A program made the position numbers and the translations under genes. Positions 19,582-29,272 of a stretch of 64,000 nucleotides of DNA are shown one piece after another. Below the pieces are notes generated by a model, which saw nothing but the letters and a program-made list of their open reading frames with translations, was not told where the DNA came from and made no database searches. The stretch comes from Candidatus Bathyarchaeia archaeon (GTDB lineage Archaea; Thermoproteota; Bathyarchaeia; Bathyarchaeales; Bathycorpusculaceae). The stretch is from positions 1 through 64,000 of the forward strand of contig JBEKGO010000026.1 of NCBI GenBank assembly GCA_050012755.1, in the 5' to 3' direction. How positions within the stretch are numbered: the stretch's first letter is position 1; every line of letters starts with the position of its first letter.

Positions 19582-20529
19582 TTGGAAGGCAAGCCTGGGG
19601 ATAGAAGTCAAAATTTTTCGTGTTCAAAGTCAAAAGTCAAATTTGACTTCTGTACTGTTCGCACTCGCGTTATTCCCATACTCAAGGGCATTGAAGTTAA
19701 GATGTATCCAGCGAAGATTGGACGTGCCCGTGGATGGAAAAAGCAACATGTAGCCTACTACGTAAAAAAACTAGAGAAAGCGGGGCTAATTCGTAGGTTA
19801 AAACGCAGTAACTTTGTAGATTACCAGTTAACGGAGCAAGGTCAAAACTTTCTCATATCATGTGAGGGCGTACTATTTAGCAGCGGAGTGTTTCGGCTGC
19901 ATCGTTGCTTTTTCAAGTTTCCTGTTTTGCGTGAGGGGGTTTATCCGGCTGTTGATTTTCGCAGGATTGAGATGGTTAATTGGACTGCACTTTTGGGCTT
20001 GGAGCAGGGTGTGAAGGTGCGTCATACCACAACTTCTTGGATTGTTCACGTTGAAACGCTTTATGGTCGGAGTCCTGGGGAGTTGGTGACTTTGGCTAAG
20101 AATCTTGCTGATAGGGTCGCTAAGGGTTTGATGAGTAAGTACGGTTGCGTTTTGGGTGACGGCCAGATTAACAAACGGCATGAGCTAGGTGTAGATGATC
20201 CAGTTGCAAATCTGCTAAATCGTTATTTTACAGTGAGCACTCCAAAACGAGTTATCGATGATAGCCCTGGAGAAGATGAGGGCGAGCTTGATCATGTGGG
20301 TCGGGATGCAGCTGTTGAGTATTTGCTGATGCCTGAGCGCGTGAAGAAACTGGAGGGTCAAGTGGATAACGTCCTTGCTGACTTGGCAAAGATCTCAGAC
20401 AGCCTCGAGAAACTGGAGAAGATGGGTTACAGCTTAGCTAAGGTTGCCGAAGCTCTGGGCAAGCTTACAGAATTTCAAAGTAACCAAGACTTACCGACAG
20501 ATCCTGGAGGCAAAGAATACATTGCATAA
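19582..20529 (+). CDS. wHTH (MarR/ArsR-like) domain protein with uncharacterised core and coiled coil; candidate replication protein
   Basis: YPAKIGRARGWKKQHVAYYVKKLEKAGLI...YQLTEQG wHTH; C-terminal heptad repeats. Confidence 0.65.
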   Translation: MEGKPGDRSQNFSCSKSKVKFDFCTVRTRVIPILKGIEVKMYPAKIGRARGWKKQHVAYYVKKLEKAGLIRRLKRSNFVDYQLTEQGQNFLISCEGVLFSSGVFRLHRCFFKFPVLREGVYPAVDFRRIEMVNWTALLGLEQGVKVRHTTTSWIVHVETLYGRSPGELVTLAKNLADRVAKGLMSKYGCVLGDGQINKRHELGVDDPVANLLNRYFTVSTPKRVIDDSPGEDEGELDHVGRDAAVEYLLMPERVKKLEGQVDNVLADLAKISDSLEKLEKMGYSLAKVAEALGKLTEFQSNQDLPTDPGGKEYIA

Positions 20530-20675
20530 CCTAACATTGAGGCGTCTAATGTCTGTTAAAAGATGTTCAAAAGCAATTTTTGCGTCTATCTCCAGGCATG
20601 GTAAAAGTCCATGCTTTTCACAAGTCACTTTTCTGCGATTAGTTAGTCCTGATTACCCACTGCCAATTTTGCCAT

Positions 20676-21161
20676 TTGTTGATGAAGGAGAATTCTTGGA
20701 GTGTGCATTCTGAGATGGAAACCCCTGAAAAACCTGCTCAAAATCTGAAAAAAAAGCGTAATCAAAGCGATAAGATTGGCCGTTTGAAGTATAACCAGCA
20801 ACTCCTCAAACAAACCTTGGCAGAGGTTGAAGAAGTTAAGCTAATGCTGCGCACAATCTTTGCTGGACTAAAGGGTTCATTTAACTTTGATCACTTACTT
20901 ATCGAGCGTATTGCCTGCAAAGATAATGTGGATTGCGATATTCTGCAATTGCTTTTTGAAGCCGGAAGTTTTGGATTATTACCGAAAGACTTGGCTGGCA
21001 GGCTTGAGCAGTTTAAGGTTACTCGCTTTCAAATTAGCCGCCGAATTAGGCGCATGAATAAGCGAGTAGAAAAAGAGTTTGGCGAGCACGTCGCAGAACA
21101 AATAGGTTGGCACTGGGCAATGACCAGCTTTGCTAGAGATAGCTGGGGCGGGTCAGAATGA
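20676..21161 (+). CDS. wHTH DNA-binding protein
   Basis: DILQLL...LLPKDLAGRL...TRFQISRRIRRMN. Confidence 0.6.
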   Translation: MLMKENSWSVHSEMETPEKPAQNLKKKRNQSDKIGRLKYNQQLLKQTLAEVEEVKLMLRTIFAGLKGSFNFDHLLIERIACKDNVDCDILQLLFEAGSFGLLPKDLAGRLEQFKVTRFQISRRIRRMNKRVEKEFGEHVAEQIGWHWAMTSFARDSWGGSE

Positions 21162-21249
21162 TCTACACAAACGTAATCATGTAAAAAGCTAATTATTCTT
21201 GTGGCTACATGAAGTTTAGTCTAGCCTAATCTAAAATTATGAAGATAAT

Positions 21250-21747
21250 TCAAGCGTTTCGAATAAATAATTGCAGAAAATAATCTGCTTTCTTCACTCT
21301 TTGTAGTTTTCCTTTGTAAGGAACACCGGCTTTACTAAAGCCATTTTGCTGAAGAACAGTTTGCATGGCCATGTTTGTTGTTCTCGTTGTCGCATACATG
21401 CTATCCTGACTTCTTTCGATAAGCTGCCTTACCAGAGTAGAACAAATGCCGAATCCTCTGTACCTTTCAAGAGTTACGACATAACCTAATTCTAAATCAA
21501 AATTGTCTTCCTGCTCAGTTGTTTTTGCTTTCAAAAAGATGCCGCGTTTGTAGTTTTCTGTTGGTTTCTTTAATGCTGCTATTCCAGCGAGGCTTTCCTT
21601 TTCATAGTGAAATGCAAGAAACTTCGCTCTCATAATTCCTTCATGCGCACTTCGCATCTCAACTTCACTACCAATCTTTAATAATTGGAAAAAAGCCTCG
21701 ATTTCTTTCTTAGTACATTGGATAGGAGGCTTAATTTTATCAGACAT
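21250..21747 (-). CDS. GNAT acetyltransferase
   Basis: ELGYVVTLERYRGFGI (motif A), TNMAMQTVLQQNGF (motif B). Confidence 0.8.
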   Translation of the reverse strand: MSDKIKPPIQCTKKEIEAFFQLLKIGSEVEMRSAHEGIMRAKFLAFHYEKESLAGIAALKKPTENYKRGIFLKAKTTEQEDNFDLELGYVVTLERYRGFGICSTLVRQLIERSQDSMYATTRTTNMAMQTVLQQNGFSKAGVPYKGKLQRVKKADYFLQLFIRNA

Positions 21748-21770
21748 AAACTTCTCTCATTAACAACCGA

Positions 21771-22697
21771 TCATGTCGCTCGATAATCACTGTCTCTTGC
21801 ATGATCTTCGCAGTAGAACTTGGTGATTGCATTACCCTCTTCTCGCTTTAACGCAATATCTGATTTCCCACAAATGCAACAACGACTCTCTCTAGTCCAT
21901 AAGTCCGAGAGCGATTGGTAGATTGAAATGACAGCATCAACGACAAATTTAGATTGCTCTTTAGTCGGTAACGATTTACCCTTGGATAATTCTCCTCTTA
22001 CTACCCTTATTCGAGTGATGTGCTTTATTTGATCTGAAGATAAGTCCTTTGTTTTTGTTCGAATGAATTCAAGAAGTGCTTGTCGCTTGGCATATTTTTT
22101 GTTTAGTCCTTTGCTAACGGCATAATCTGCCATCAGAAGGTCCAACAAAATCCCAGAGCTCAGGATTGCATCCACAAATCTATTTTCTTGCAGAGCTTTC
22201 CTAGCATTCAAACTATGAAGCAACTCCAGTGCGATAGGTTGAACGATTGCTTCGATAACTTCATGCTCTTTGATATCAACGTTTAACTCATTCTTACAAA
22301 AATCCTCTGCAAATTTCTTAGCAATTTCAACAAACCATTGCGCATTCTTAGCATCAGGTTTGTAGGAACGATGAATGCAGTCATTTCTTAAATTTTGGAG
22401 CATTCTAGTTTCTGTTTCTAGTGGTATGGTGACTCCTTTCTGTTTTAGAAAATTAACGGAATCGACGAAGCCTAACATTATTGATGAGTTTTTCTCTGTG
22501 TATACCTGAGCGCCAAGGACCCGGATTTTCTCTTTTAGAATATATTCCACGGCACTTGCTGAGCTAATAACGGCATACTTGCAATCGATCGGTCCTCCTC
22601 GCTCACTTAGCTCTCGAGCATGTTGAAGATCTTCCAGTGCGCTTAAAATGAATGGAGAGAAATTATTTTTTTCTTTTAGTGACTTCACTTCATGCAT
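21771..22697 (-). CDS. Tandem HEPN-like domain protein with C-terminal Zn finger
   Basis: AVISSASAVE...LRNDCIH (Rx4H); a second repeat lacks the motif; CCICG...YCEDH. Confidence 0.65.
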   Translation of the reverse strand: MHEVKSLKEKNNFSPFILSALEDLQHARELSERGGPIDCKYAVISSASAVEYILKEKIRVLGAQVYTEKNSSIMLGFVDSVNFLKQKGVTIPLETETRMLQNLRNDCIHRSYKPDAKNAQWFVEIAKKFAEDFCKNELNVDIKEHEVIEAIVQPIALELLHSLNARKALQENRFVDAILSSGILLDLLMADYAVSKGLNKKYAKRQALLEFIRTKTKDLSSDQIKHITRIRVVRGELSKGKSLPTKEQSKFVVDAVISIYQSLSDLWTRESRCCICGKSDIALKREEGNAITKFYCEDHARDSDYRAT

Positions 22698-22703
22698 CTC
22701 GGT

Positions 22704-23351
22704 CTAGTGTCCTGCATTTGCTTCAGTTTTATTGATTCCGTTGTAGTTTACTAAAAGCATTTCTAATACTTCAAAAGCTGTTCCAAGAGTTTTATGGATC
22801 ATGGTGGCCTTAACAATCCGTCCAATTTCATCATTGTTTCCTGATAATCGTAAAACCTCTGAGTAATTATGCTCGCTCCCTATTAACTCCGGCATTATAT
22901 GAATCAAATGATAGGTTTCCCGATAGTGAACATAACTCGAAAGTTCGCTGTATTCTTCGCAGAAAGCTCGGAATATAAAATCGTCGAGAATTCCTAATTT
23001 AATTAATTGGAGAATTGGGCTATTTTTCTTGTGGGTTAATCCGTAAACCCTGTATTTTTTAGAAAAAGACATATCGATTAGTCGACCATCACCACTTACA
23101 TGGTGGTAAAGACAAAGGTTTGCAGCAGTTAATTCCAGAGCAGCTCGAGCGCATCGTGCAGAAGCATGAAAGTGACCAATCCTCAGGGTATCCAGCACAG
23201 CTTCAAATTCTCTCAGTATAATTTCATTAAAACTGGGTATTGCTTGAATTTCGTTTGAATTTATTATTTTTTTGCAACGTTCAATGCGATCAGCTATTAT
23301 TTGAACTTCCTTGTCATAATCATAAATTTGAAACTCTGGGTTATCTTTCAC
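22704..23351 (-). CDS. Helical HEPN-like hypothetical protein
   Basis: ASARCARAALE...YSELSSYVH pattern typical of divergent HEPN domains. Confidence 0.5.
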   Translation of the reverse strand: MKDNPEFQIYDYDKEVQIIADRIERCKKIINSNEIQAIPSFNEIILREFEAVLDTLRIGHFHASARCARAALELTAANLCLYHHVSGDGRLIDMSFSKKYRVYGLTHKKNSPILQLIKLGILDDFIFRAFCEEYSELSSYVHYRETYHLIHIMPELIGSEHNYSEVLRLSGNNDEIGRIVKATMIHKTLGTAFEVLEMLLVNYNGINKTEANAGH

Positions 23352-23539
23352 GGTGATTCCTTACTAATTATTCCATTTTTCAGACTTAAGCTTTCTCAGT
23401 ACTAGTACATATCGGAGCAGAGAGGCTGGCATTGGGCACTAACCAGTTTTGCTTTTGAGATTTGGGGAGAAACTGAAATGGACACCAAGCCCGATTAAGC
23501 TTATTTATTCGTCGAGACATATCATTTTTGGGCTAAAAA

Positions 23540-24589
23540 ATGGAGACGCCGGCAAACCGAGTGGTAAGGCAGTTTTCGGTAAATGATTTCCTTAGTTGGA
23601 GAGAACACAACGAACTTGAATTAGTGCCATGGTTTCAACGAAGAGAGGTTTGGTACCCTAAAGCACGGTCATACTTGATTGATACGATATTGAAGAATCT
23701 TCCTATTCCCATTATAATAATTCGCGAGTCAATCTCTCCAAAGACGGGAAGAACCTGTCGCGAGGTTGTCGACGGTCAGCAACGTCTCAAAGCAGTCTTC
23801 GATTTTTATGATGACAAGCTTACCATCAATTCTGCACATTCGGAAGTACTTGCTGGAAAAAGTTTTAGGGATCTTCCAGGTCCATTGAAAGAGAGATTTA
23901 GGTCGTACGAGTTCCCTGTCAATGTTCTTAAGAATGCCAGCGACGCCGAAGTTTTGGACATCTTTGCTCGAATCAACTCGTACACGATTACATTGAATAG
24001 ACAGGAAATATTAAACGCAAAATACCATGGAGAATTTAAGAGCTTCATTTATAGGCTGAGCGGACAATATCTGAATTTCTTCCAGTCAAATGGAATCTTG
24101 AGCGAAAGGGCTGTTTTTAGAATGGCTGAGGCTGAACTAATATCAGAACTAGTAATCGCAATGATTGATGGTTTTCAAGATAAGGCTAAAATTGAAAATT
24201 ACTACAGAGTAAATGAAGAGACTTTTCCTTTAAAGGAAGAGGTCGAGTTACGATTCAAAGAAACCTGTGCTCTGATTGATAGTATTTTTTCTTTCAATCT
24301 CCCAAAAAACTTCAAAGGTAAAGCATTATTCTACAGTCTGTTTCTGGTTTTATACGACTTAGAACATGTGATGATCGGTCAAAATGGAGAGGTTGTCCAT
24401 TTATCCTCTAATCATTATTCAAATATTAGGGAAGCAGTAGAACGCCTGGATCGTGTAATCGAGGATAAAGAGCCATCAGAAATTACCTTCCTGAGGGCAT
24501 GTGCACAATCAACAGATAAAAAAACCTCTCGGCAGATCAGGCACGAAAGAATAAAAGTGGAAATTCTTGGCTTAATTCGGAGGTCATAG
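23540..24589 (+). CDS. DUF262 (ParB/GmrS-like NTPase) protein
   Basis: PWFQRREVW, VVDGQQRL, IFARINS motifs. Confidence 0.88.
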   Translation: METPANRVVRQFSVNDFLSWREHNELELVPWFQRREVWYPKARSYLIDTILKNLPIPIIIIRESISPKTGRTCREVVDGQQRLKAVFDFYDDKLTINSAHSEVLAGKSFRDLPGPLKERFRSYEFPVNVLKNASDAEVLDIFARINSYTITLNRQEILNAKYHGEFKSFIYRLSGQYLNFFQSNGILSERAVFRMAEAELISELVIAMIDGFQDKAKIENYYRVNEETFPLKEEVELRFKETCALIDSIFSFNLPKNFKGKALFYSLFLVLYDLEHVMIGQNGEVVHLSSNHYSNIREAVERLDRVIEDKEPSEITFLRACAQSTDKKTSRQIRHERIKVEILGLIRRS

Positions 24590-25620
24590 TGACTGATGTC
24601 GGAAGGCAGTTATTAATGGATACTGACTTCTTGACTGAATATGGAAAAGTTAGACCAAGATACAAACAGCTCACCAAGACAATGCAAGAGTTTCTAACTC
24701 AACTTCTTTTAGAAGAACAAATTGATTATTTGTCACCTGTACAAGCGAGGACAAAATCGCTGATCAGTTTCCAGGATAAATTGGAACGCAAAAATTATAA
24801 GAGTCCCTTAAGCGAAATCACTGATTTGACTGGGTTACGTATAATAGTTTTTTATCCTGATGAGATAGATCGGATTAAAGAGGTCATAAAAGAGAACTTC
24901 AAAGTCGACCAAAAGAACTCGGTTGACAAGAGAGAATCGCTTTCAAAAAATCAATTCTCTTACGAAGGTATTCATTATGTCGTTTCAATTAAGAGCGATG
25001 ATCTAAAACAGCCTGAATATAGAGAATTTGTTAATATGAAATTTGAGATTCAAATTCTTTCTTTATGCCAGTTTGCTTGGGCACAAATACAAAGGAAAAT
25101 TGAATACAAGTCAGAAACATTGGTCCCTTATACATTAAGTCGAAGGTTGGCAAGGCTAGTCGCTTTGTTTGAACTCGCAGACGACGAATTCATGACAATC
25201 CGAGACGAAGAAACAAAAGCTTTGATGAGTTTTCGTATTTCTAGAATGTCCCTAAAGCGTTTTCTTTACACATCATCAACTCTAAGAAGCCTCATGAGAC
25301 GTTCCATAGAGTCAGGGTTCGCTAAAATGAATGATTTAGACGACACCTCTTATTTAGCAGAACTTCTCGAAGCTTGTTCTTCGGTGGGATTTCAGGATGC
25401 CTCTTCTTTCGACGTCTTTTTGAGATCAGAGGATAACTTCTCCTCTTTCCTTAATTCTAAGAAACTTCATGAAAAGGGCTTTGTCAGAATTGGTCCAGCA
25501 TTGCTTTCACTTTTGCTCGTTTATCATTCTGACACAAGGTTCACTAAAGATATTTTGTCAGGGAAAGGATGGAAAGATCCAGTGCTAACCATATTGGTTG
25601 ATAGAAGTCAAGGGACATAA
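24589..25620 (+). CDS. RelA/SpoT-domain (small alarmone synthetase-like) protein
   Basis: RTKSLISFQDK, DLTGLRII, YEGIHYVV, FEIQI...AWAQI...YK; start overlaps the DUF262 stop. Confidence 0.82.
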   Translation: MTDVGRQLLMDTDFLTEYGKVRPRYKQLTKTMQEFLTQLLLEEQIDYLSPVQARTKSLISFQDKLERKNYKSPLSEITDLTGLRIIVFYPDEIDRIKEVIKENFKVDQKNSVDKRESLSKNQFSYEGIHYVVSIKSDDLKQPEYREFVNMKFEIQILSLCQFAWAQIQRKIEYKSETLVPYTLSRRLARLVALFELADDEFMTIRDEETKALMSFRISRMSLKRFLYTSSTLRSLMRRSIESGFAKMNDLDDTSYLAELLEACSSVGFQDASSFDVFLRSEDNFSSFLNSKKLHEKGFVRIGPALLSLLLVYHSDTRFTKDILSGKGWKDPVLTILVDRSQGT

Positions 25621-25928
25621 GAGAGATTTGAGAATTTATTGAAAAAATATCTAGAATTTCTTCATTTTCCGTTGTCAATTACTCTTGTAATTCTGGAGAT
25701 TTAAAGAAGGAATTCTTAAAATGCAGTTCTACCCATTCGCTTCATGATCTTTCGGCTCTGAAGTTTAACAGATAGTTTTTTTAGTGTTAGCCTATGTCTA
25801 CTGCGCTTGATATTTGTGCGAGCATAAGCTTCAAACCCAATGTTCTTGCCTCTTATCACCGGAATTGAATTCAAGAATCACAAGTGACAGGATGAAGCCA
25901 ACTGCTTTTAGGTTTTGATTAATTTATG

Positions 25929-26111
25929 TTAGAAGCCATGGGTGTTTCTTTTTTCTTCTATGAATCGCTGCATTTCTTTGATTGTGAGTTTAGTTTTTGC
26001 TTCTATAAACTCCAGGAGCTTGGTTGCGATCTTGGTAGCAAGCACTGTTCCAAAGGAAGTTGCGAACATAATTATGAAAATCTGGGATAGGTTGCTTAAG
26101 TCAATCTGCAC
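25929..26111 (-). CDS. Small single-TM protein
   Basis: Hydrophobic N-terminus and basic tail; directly downstream of the recombinase. Confidence 0.5.
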   Translation of the reverse strand: MQIDLSNLSQIFIIMFATSFGTVLATKIATKLLEFIEAKTKLTIKEMQRFIEEKRNTHGF

Positions 26112-26123
26112 TTGGTTCAGGTC

Positions 26124-26867
26124 CTATTCCCATTCTTTGTCTGCTTCCTCTGTTTTGGCTAATTGTTTTGTTGGTTCTCCATGCACATATTCAACTGGAA
26201 TTGTTGCTCTATCTAGAGCTTCTTTGAGTTCAAAAGCGTTCATTTTTGAGCTCAAGTGTGTTGCTCTCCGATGGCGATTAAGGTGGTTTGTTATGCCTAA
26301 ATTATTCATTATTCTCCAGGCGTGTTGTCGGCTGATCGCAAAGATTCTTCCTTGGTAATTCTTTTGCTGAAGGTACAAGAGCCAATCCAAAATATATTTT
26401 GTGAAGGGGTCATCGAGGCGGATGTCTTTCCATTTCCAGACTTCTTTCAAGTGATAATCAAAAGGTATTTCCTGCAGAGCCAAGCCGCAGGTCCTGCAGA
26501 ATTTGCTTTCAGCTCCATTTTTGGTTTTACATTTGGAGCAAATTTTGTGTCGTCTGCCTCTTTTGAGAATTCTAATGTAGAATTGGAGGACACTTTTTTC
26601 TCCAACTTTGTTTAGGCGCCATTTATCCATGGTTAAGCCGACGTAAACGTCATCGTGGTATTTTCTGCCTGTGAATTCGCTTACACGTTTGTTGCTTATG
26701 TATTCCCAGGCGACAAGGGCGGCGTCTCTTATTGCGTTCTCTGGATTCCGAACATAACCTTCAGGGCAGCCGGATCCTTGGCCAGCTCGAGCGTTTGTTA
26801 GAATTTCCTGTATGTCGGATCGGTTGCCTATCCCAAATGATTCGATGTCTCGACGTTTTCCTGGCAA
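26124..26867 (-). CDS. Minimal tyrosine recombinase with zinc-ribbon insertion
   Basis: RDAALV...KRVSE (R), LK, HLNRH (HxxR), EYVH (Y); inserted CSKC...FCRTCG. Confidence 0.75.
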   Translation of the reverse strand: MPGKRRDIESFGIGNRSDIQEILTNARAGQGSGCPEGYVRNPENAIRDAALVAWEYISNKRVSEFTGRKYHDDVYVGLTMDKWRLNKVGEKSVLQFYIRILKRGRRHKICSKCKTKNGAESKFCRTCGLALQEIPFDYHLKEVWKWKDIRLDDPFTKYILDWLLYLQQKNYQGRIFAISRQHAWRIMNNLGITNHLNRHRRATHLSSKMNAFELKEALDRATIPVEYVHGEPTKQLAKTEEADKEWE

Positions 26868-27055
26868 ATTTCTTCATCCTCCTGCAGGAAATAAATAAGG
26901 TTCTAAGTGTTACATTACTACATAATGTAACATCAACATTGTTTTGAGGTTTACTTTCCTCTCCTCACTCCCTAGTGGTTGTCGAGGAAGTAAATAAATA
27001 AGTAAAGCACTCCTCAGCGTGAACCAAATAAGACATAAAGAGTATCCTATTATAC

Positions 27056-28798
27056 TTAAGATCCGCTTTTTAGGCCATCGATATACTTCTTTCTTACCTC
27101 TGGATCTTTGATTTCAGTAAGTACCCTCTTGAGTTCTGCGTAGAGACCGTCTGCTTTCTTTATTCTGTTCCGTAGCCTTTCATTTTCCAAATTATCGAGA
27201 TTTCTTTGGACTGTCTTAGGATCTGGAACAACAAAAGTGATTTTTTCAGGGTCTGCTAAGATATTCTTAATTTCCTCGAACAATACTTCAGCCATTCCAC
27301 CAACTCCTGTAAGAATGCACCAACCTCGAGTACGGGTCATTGCCGTAAAAGCTTGATTTCGTTCCTGAACAATTAGCTTTGGATGACTACCAACGTGCTC
27401 AAAACCCATAACGTAAACAATTGAAGCTTCATTACCCTTTGCAGGGAAAATATTTGTCAATGTCACATTGTCCTTCACTTGGAAGATATCTTTTATCACA
27501 TCTATGCCAGGTCTTATAGCATTGATACTTTTCTCGGCTAGGAGTTGTTTAAGTGTCAAAAAATTACTCTTACTATTCATCCAATCCAGAGAAATAACCA
27601 TTATTTCCTCCGGATTAATTTCCTCCTTCTTGATATTTTGATAAATTTGTTGTGCAATCCATGCTAATTCGTCTGATCTATTTACAAAAGCCATCCATTG
27701 AACTAAATTATTGTAGCCAGCAAGTTTTTCCAACGTTTGAGGTGAATTAGCTATAGGCCTTCTAATCGTCACTTTTTCACCCGGTATAAAAGATCCTGAG
27801 AGTACTTCATACCCTATGTCAGTCCAACCTCCCTCTGTTGGAATAAATTGCACAGCTCCTCCAGGTCTAAGTAAACCCATTCCAAAAATATGCGCCATAA
27901 CTAAAATGGGTCGTGGAGTTCTGTAACATCTATGAAGAATAAGATCCTTCTGTATTTCACCATCTGGATAATTCCCCTCAAGAGTCACTAATGGAGTTCC
28001 ATCAGCACTGGTTCCAAATATATCAATGGTTGTTGGAATAGAGAGAGATTCCAAACTTTGAATATCGTCATAAGCCCAGATGAGCCGCTTGGGATCCTTC
28101 AAAGAATCGTAGCAAAGTCTGTAGAAATCAAAATGAAAATCTTGCCCCTCATCAATTAAAATAGCATCAAATAATTGAGGAACGTTACCAGTTTTTCTAA
28201 GTTCTTCACAACATTTTCCTAAAAGTTGGTTGTTCTCCGCGTAAGAAAAAACATTCGCTGCCTCTGTATATGATCTAGGGGAATGCAACATTTTTCCAGC
28301 GATAAACCTGTATAATCCAGGAGACTCTTTGGCCCCCCACGCATGGAGTATATGTATTTTATTCCAGTTAGGATCTTGATTAACCCAATAATGATAGAAA
28401 CGAGTGATCAAACCTTTAATCATGCCATAAAGGCTCTTTGTATAAAATGTGTATACTATGTCCCAATCAGGAAACTTCTCATGCATTTGAGCAGCTTTCA
28501 TGCAAAGAACTACAGTTTTGCCTGAGCCTGAAAGTCCTCGAATACGCTGGGGTCCGTTGGGAATTTGAATCCCAACTTTCATCTGTTCCCTATCCATCAT
28601 TTGTAACTGTTGCTCAACTTGTCTCAACATTGCAGCTTTTGAGTTTGAAACTGTAGGTTCAGCTCTGAGTTCTCGCCTAAGGACAGGAACACCCTGTAGA
28701 ACTCCTAAAGCAAGTTGCCACTGTTCGTCAGTAATATCTTCTTGAAGTTCTTCAGCCGGAACAGCTTGAAGTCTGTTTCTTAACATGTTAGGTTCCAA
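27056..28798 (-). CDS. SF1 helicase (C-terminal part of a NERD-helicase)
   Basis: RGLSGSGKT, ILIDEGQD, YRTP, AKGNE, RNQAFTAMTR. Confidence 0.85.
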   Translation of the reverse strand: MEPNMLRNRLQAVPAEELQEDITDEQWQLALGVLQGVPVLRRELRAEPTVSNSKAAMLRQVEQQLQMMDREQMKVGIQIPNGPQRIRGLSGSGKTVVLCMKAAQMHEKFPDWDIVYTFYTKSLYGMIKGLITRFYHYWVNQDPNWNKIHILHAWGAKESPGLYRFIAGKMLHSPRSYTEAANVFSYAENNQLLGKCCEELRKTGNVPQLFDAILIDEGQDFHFDFYRLCYDSLKDPKRLIWAYDDIQSLESLSIPTTIDIFGTSADGTPLVTLEGNYPDGEIQKDLILHRCYRTPRPILVMAHIFGMGLLRPGGAVQFIPTEGGWTDIGYEVLSGSFIPGEKVTIRRPIANSPQTLEKLAGYNNLVQWMAFVNRSDELAWIAQQIYQNIKKEEINPEEIMVISLDWMNSKSNFLTLKQLLAEKSINAIRPGIDVIKDIFQVKDNVTLTNIFPAKGNEASIVYVMGFEHVGSHPKLIVQERNQAFTAMTRTRGWCILTGVGGMAEVLFEEIKNILADPEKITFVVPDPKTVQRNLDNLENERLRNRIKKADGLYAELKRVLTEIKDPEVRKKYIDGLKSGS

Positions 28799-28799
28799 A

Positions 28800-29096
28800 T
28801 CTTCAGCAAAAATAATAGTGCTAGGAGATGCTGGAGATAAGTCAAGACCTTTCTCAACCCATTCTGATCTATAAATGAAAGGAAGACCTATGAAAGTATG
28901 TCCTTTCTATTACATACAGACCCCACTTACGATGCAAGATCAGGATATCAGGCTCTCGCCTTGATCGATCTGCTGAGAAAACTGGATATCTATGGTAACA
29001 CACGCCTTCATCGTTAACCAAGGACAATTCAAGAGCTTTCCATATCTCTTTTTCAGCAAAATTAGTAGTGATAGGTTCTGACCAAAGGAAATCCAT
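28800..29096 (-). pseudogene. Truncated NERD nuclease domain, out of frame with the helicase
   Basis: AEKEIW...REPDILILHRKWGLYVIE then an abrupt switch; the helicase frame continues upstream as KGHTFIGLPFIYRSEW. Confidence 0.7.
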
Positions 29097-29109
29097 TCTC
29101 GCACCAAAG

Positions 29110-29179
29110 CCTATCTACTAAGATAGGTATATTTGAGATTTATGATTTTCTTAGTAATAGGGCGGCGCGCTATTACTAA
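29110..29179. promoter_or_regulatory. Two inverted repeats in the divergent intergenic region
   Basis: CCTATCT-acta-AGATAGG (29110-29127) and TTAGTAATAG-9nt-CTATTACTAA (29151-29179). Confidence 0.5.
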
Positions 29180-29272
29180 AAATTTATATTTAAAATGCCC
29201 CCTTTGAATTATGCAATCTTAGACCCTGTCGAACATGCAGTCTTTTCATTAGGGCTATTAGGAGTAAAATAG

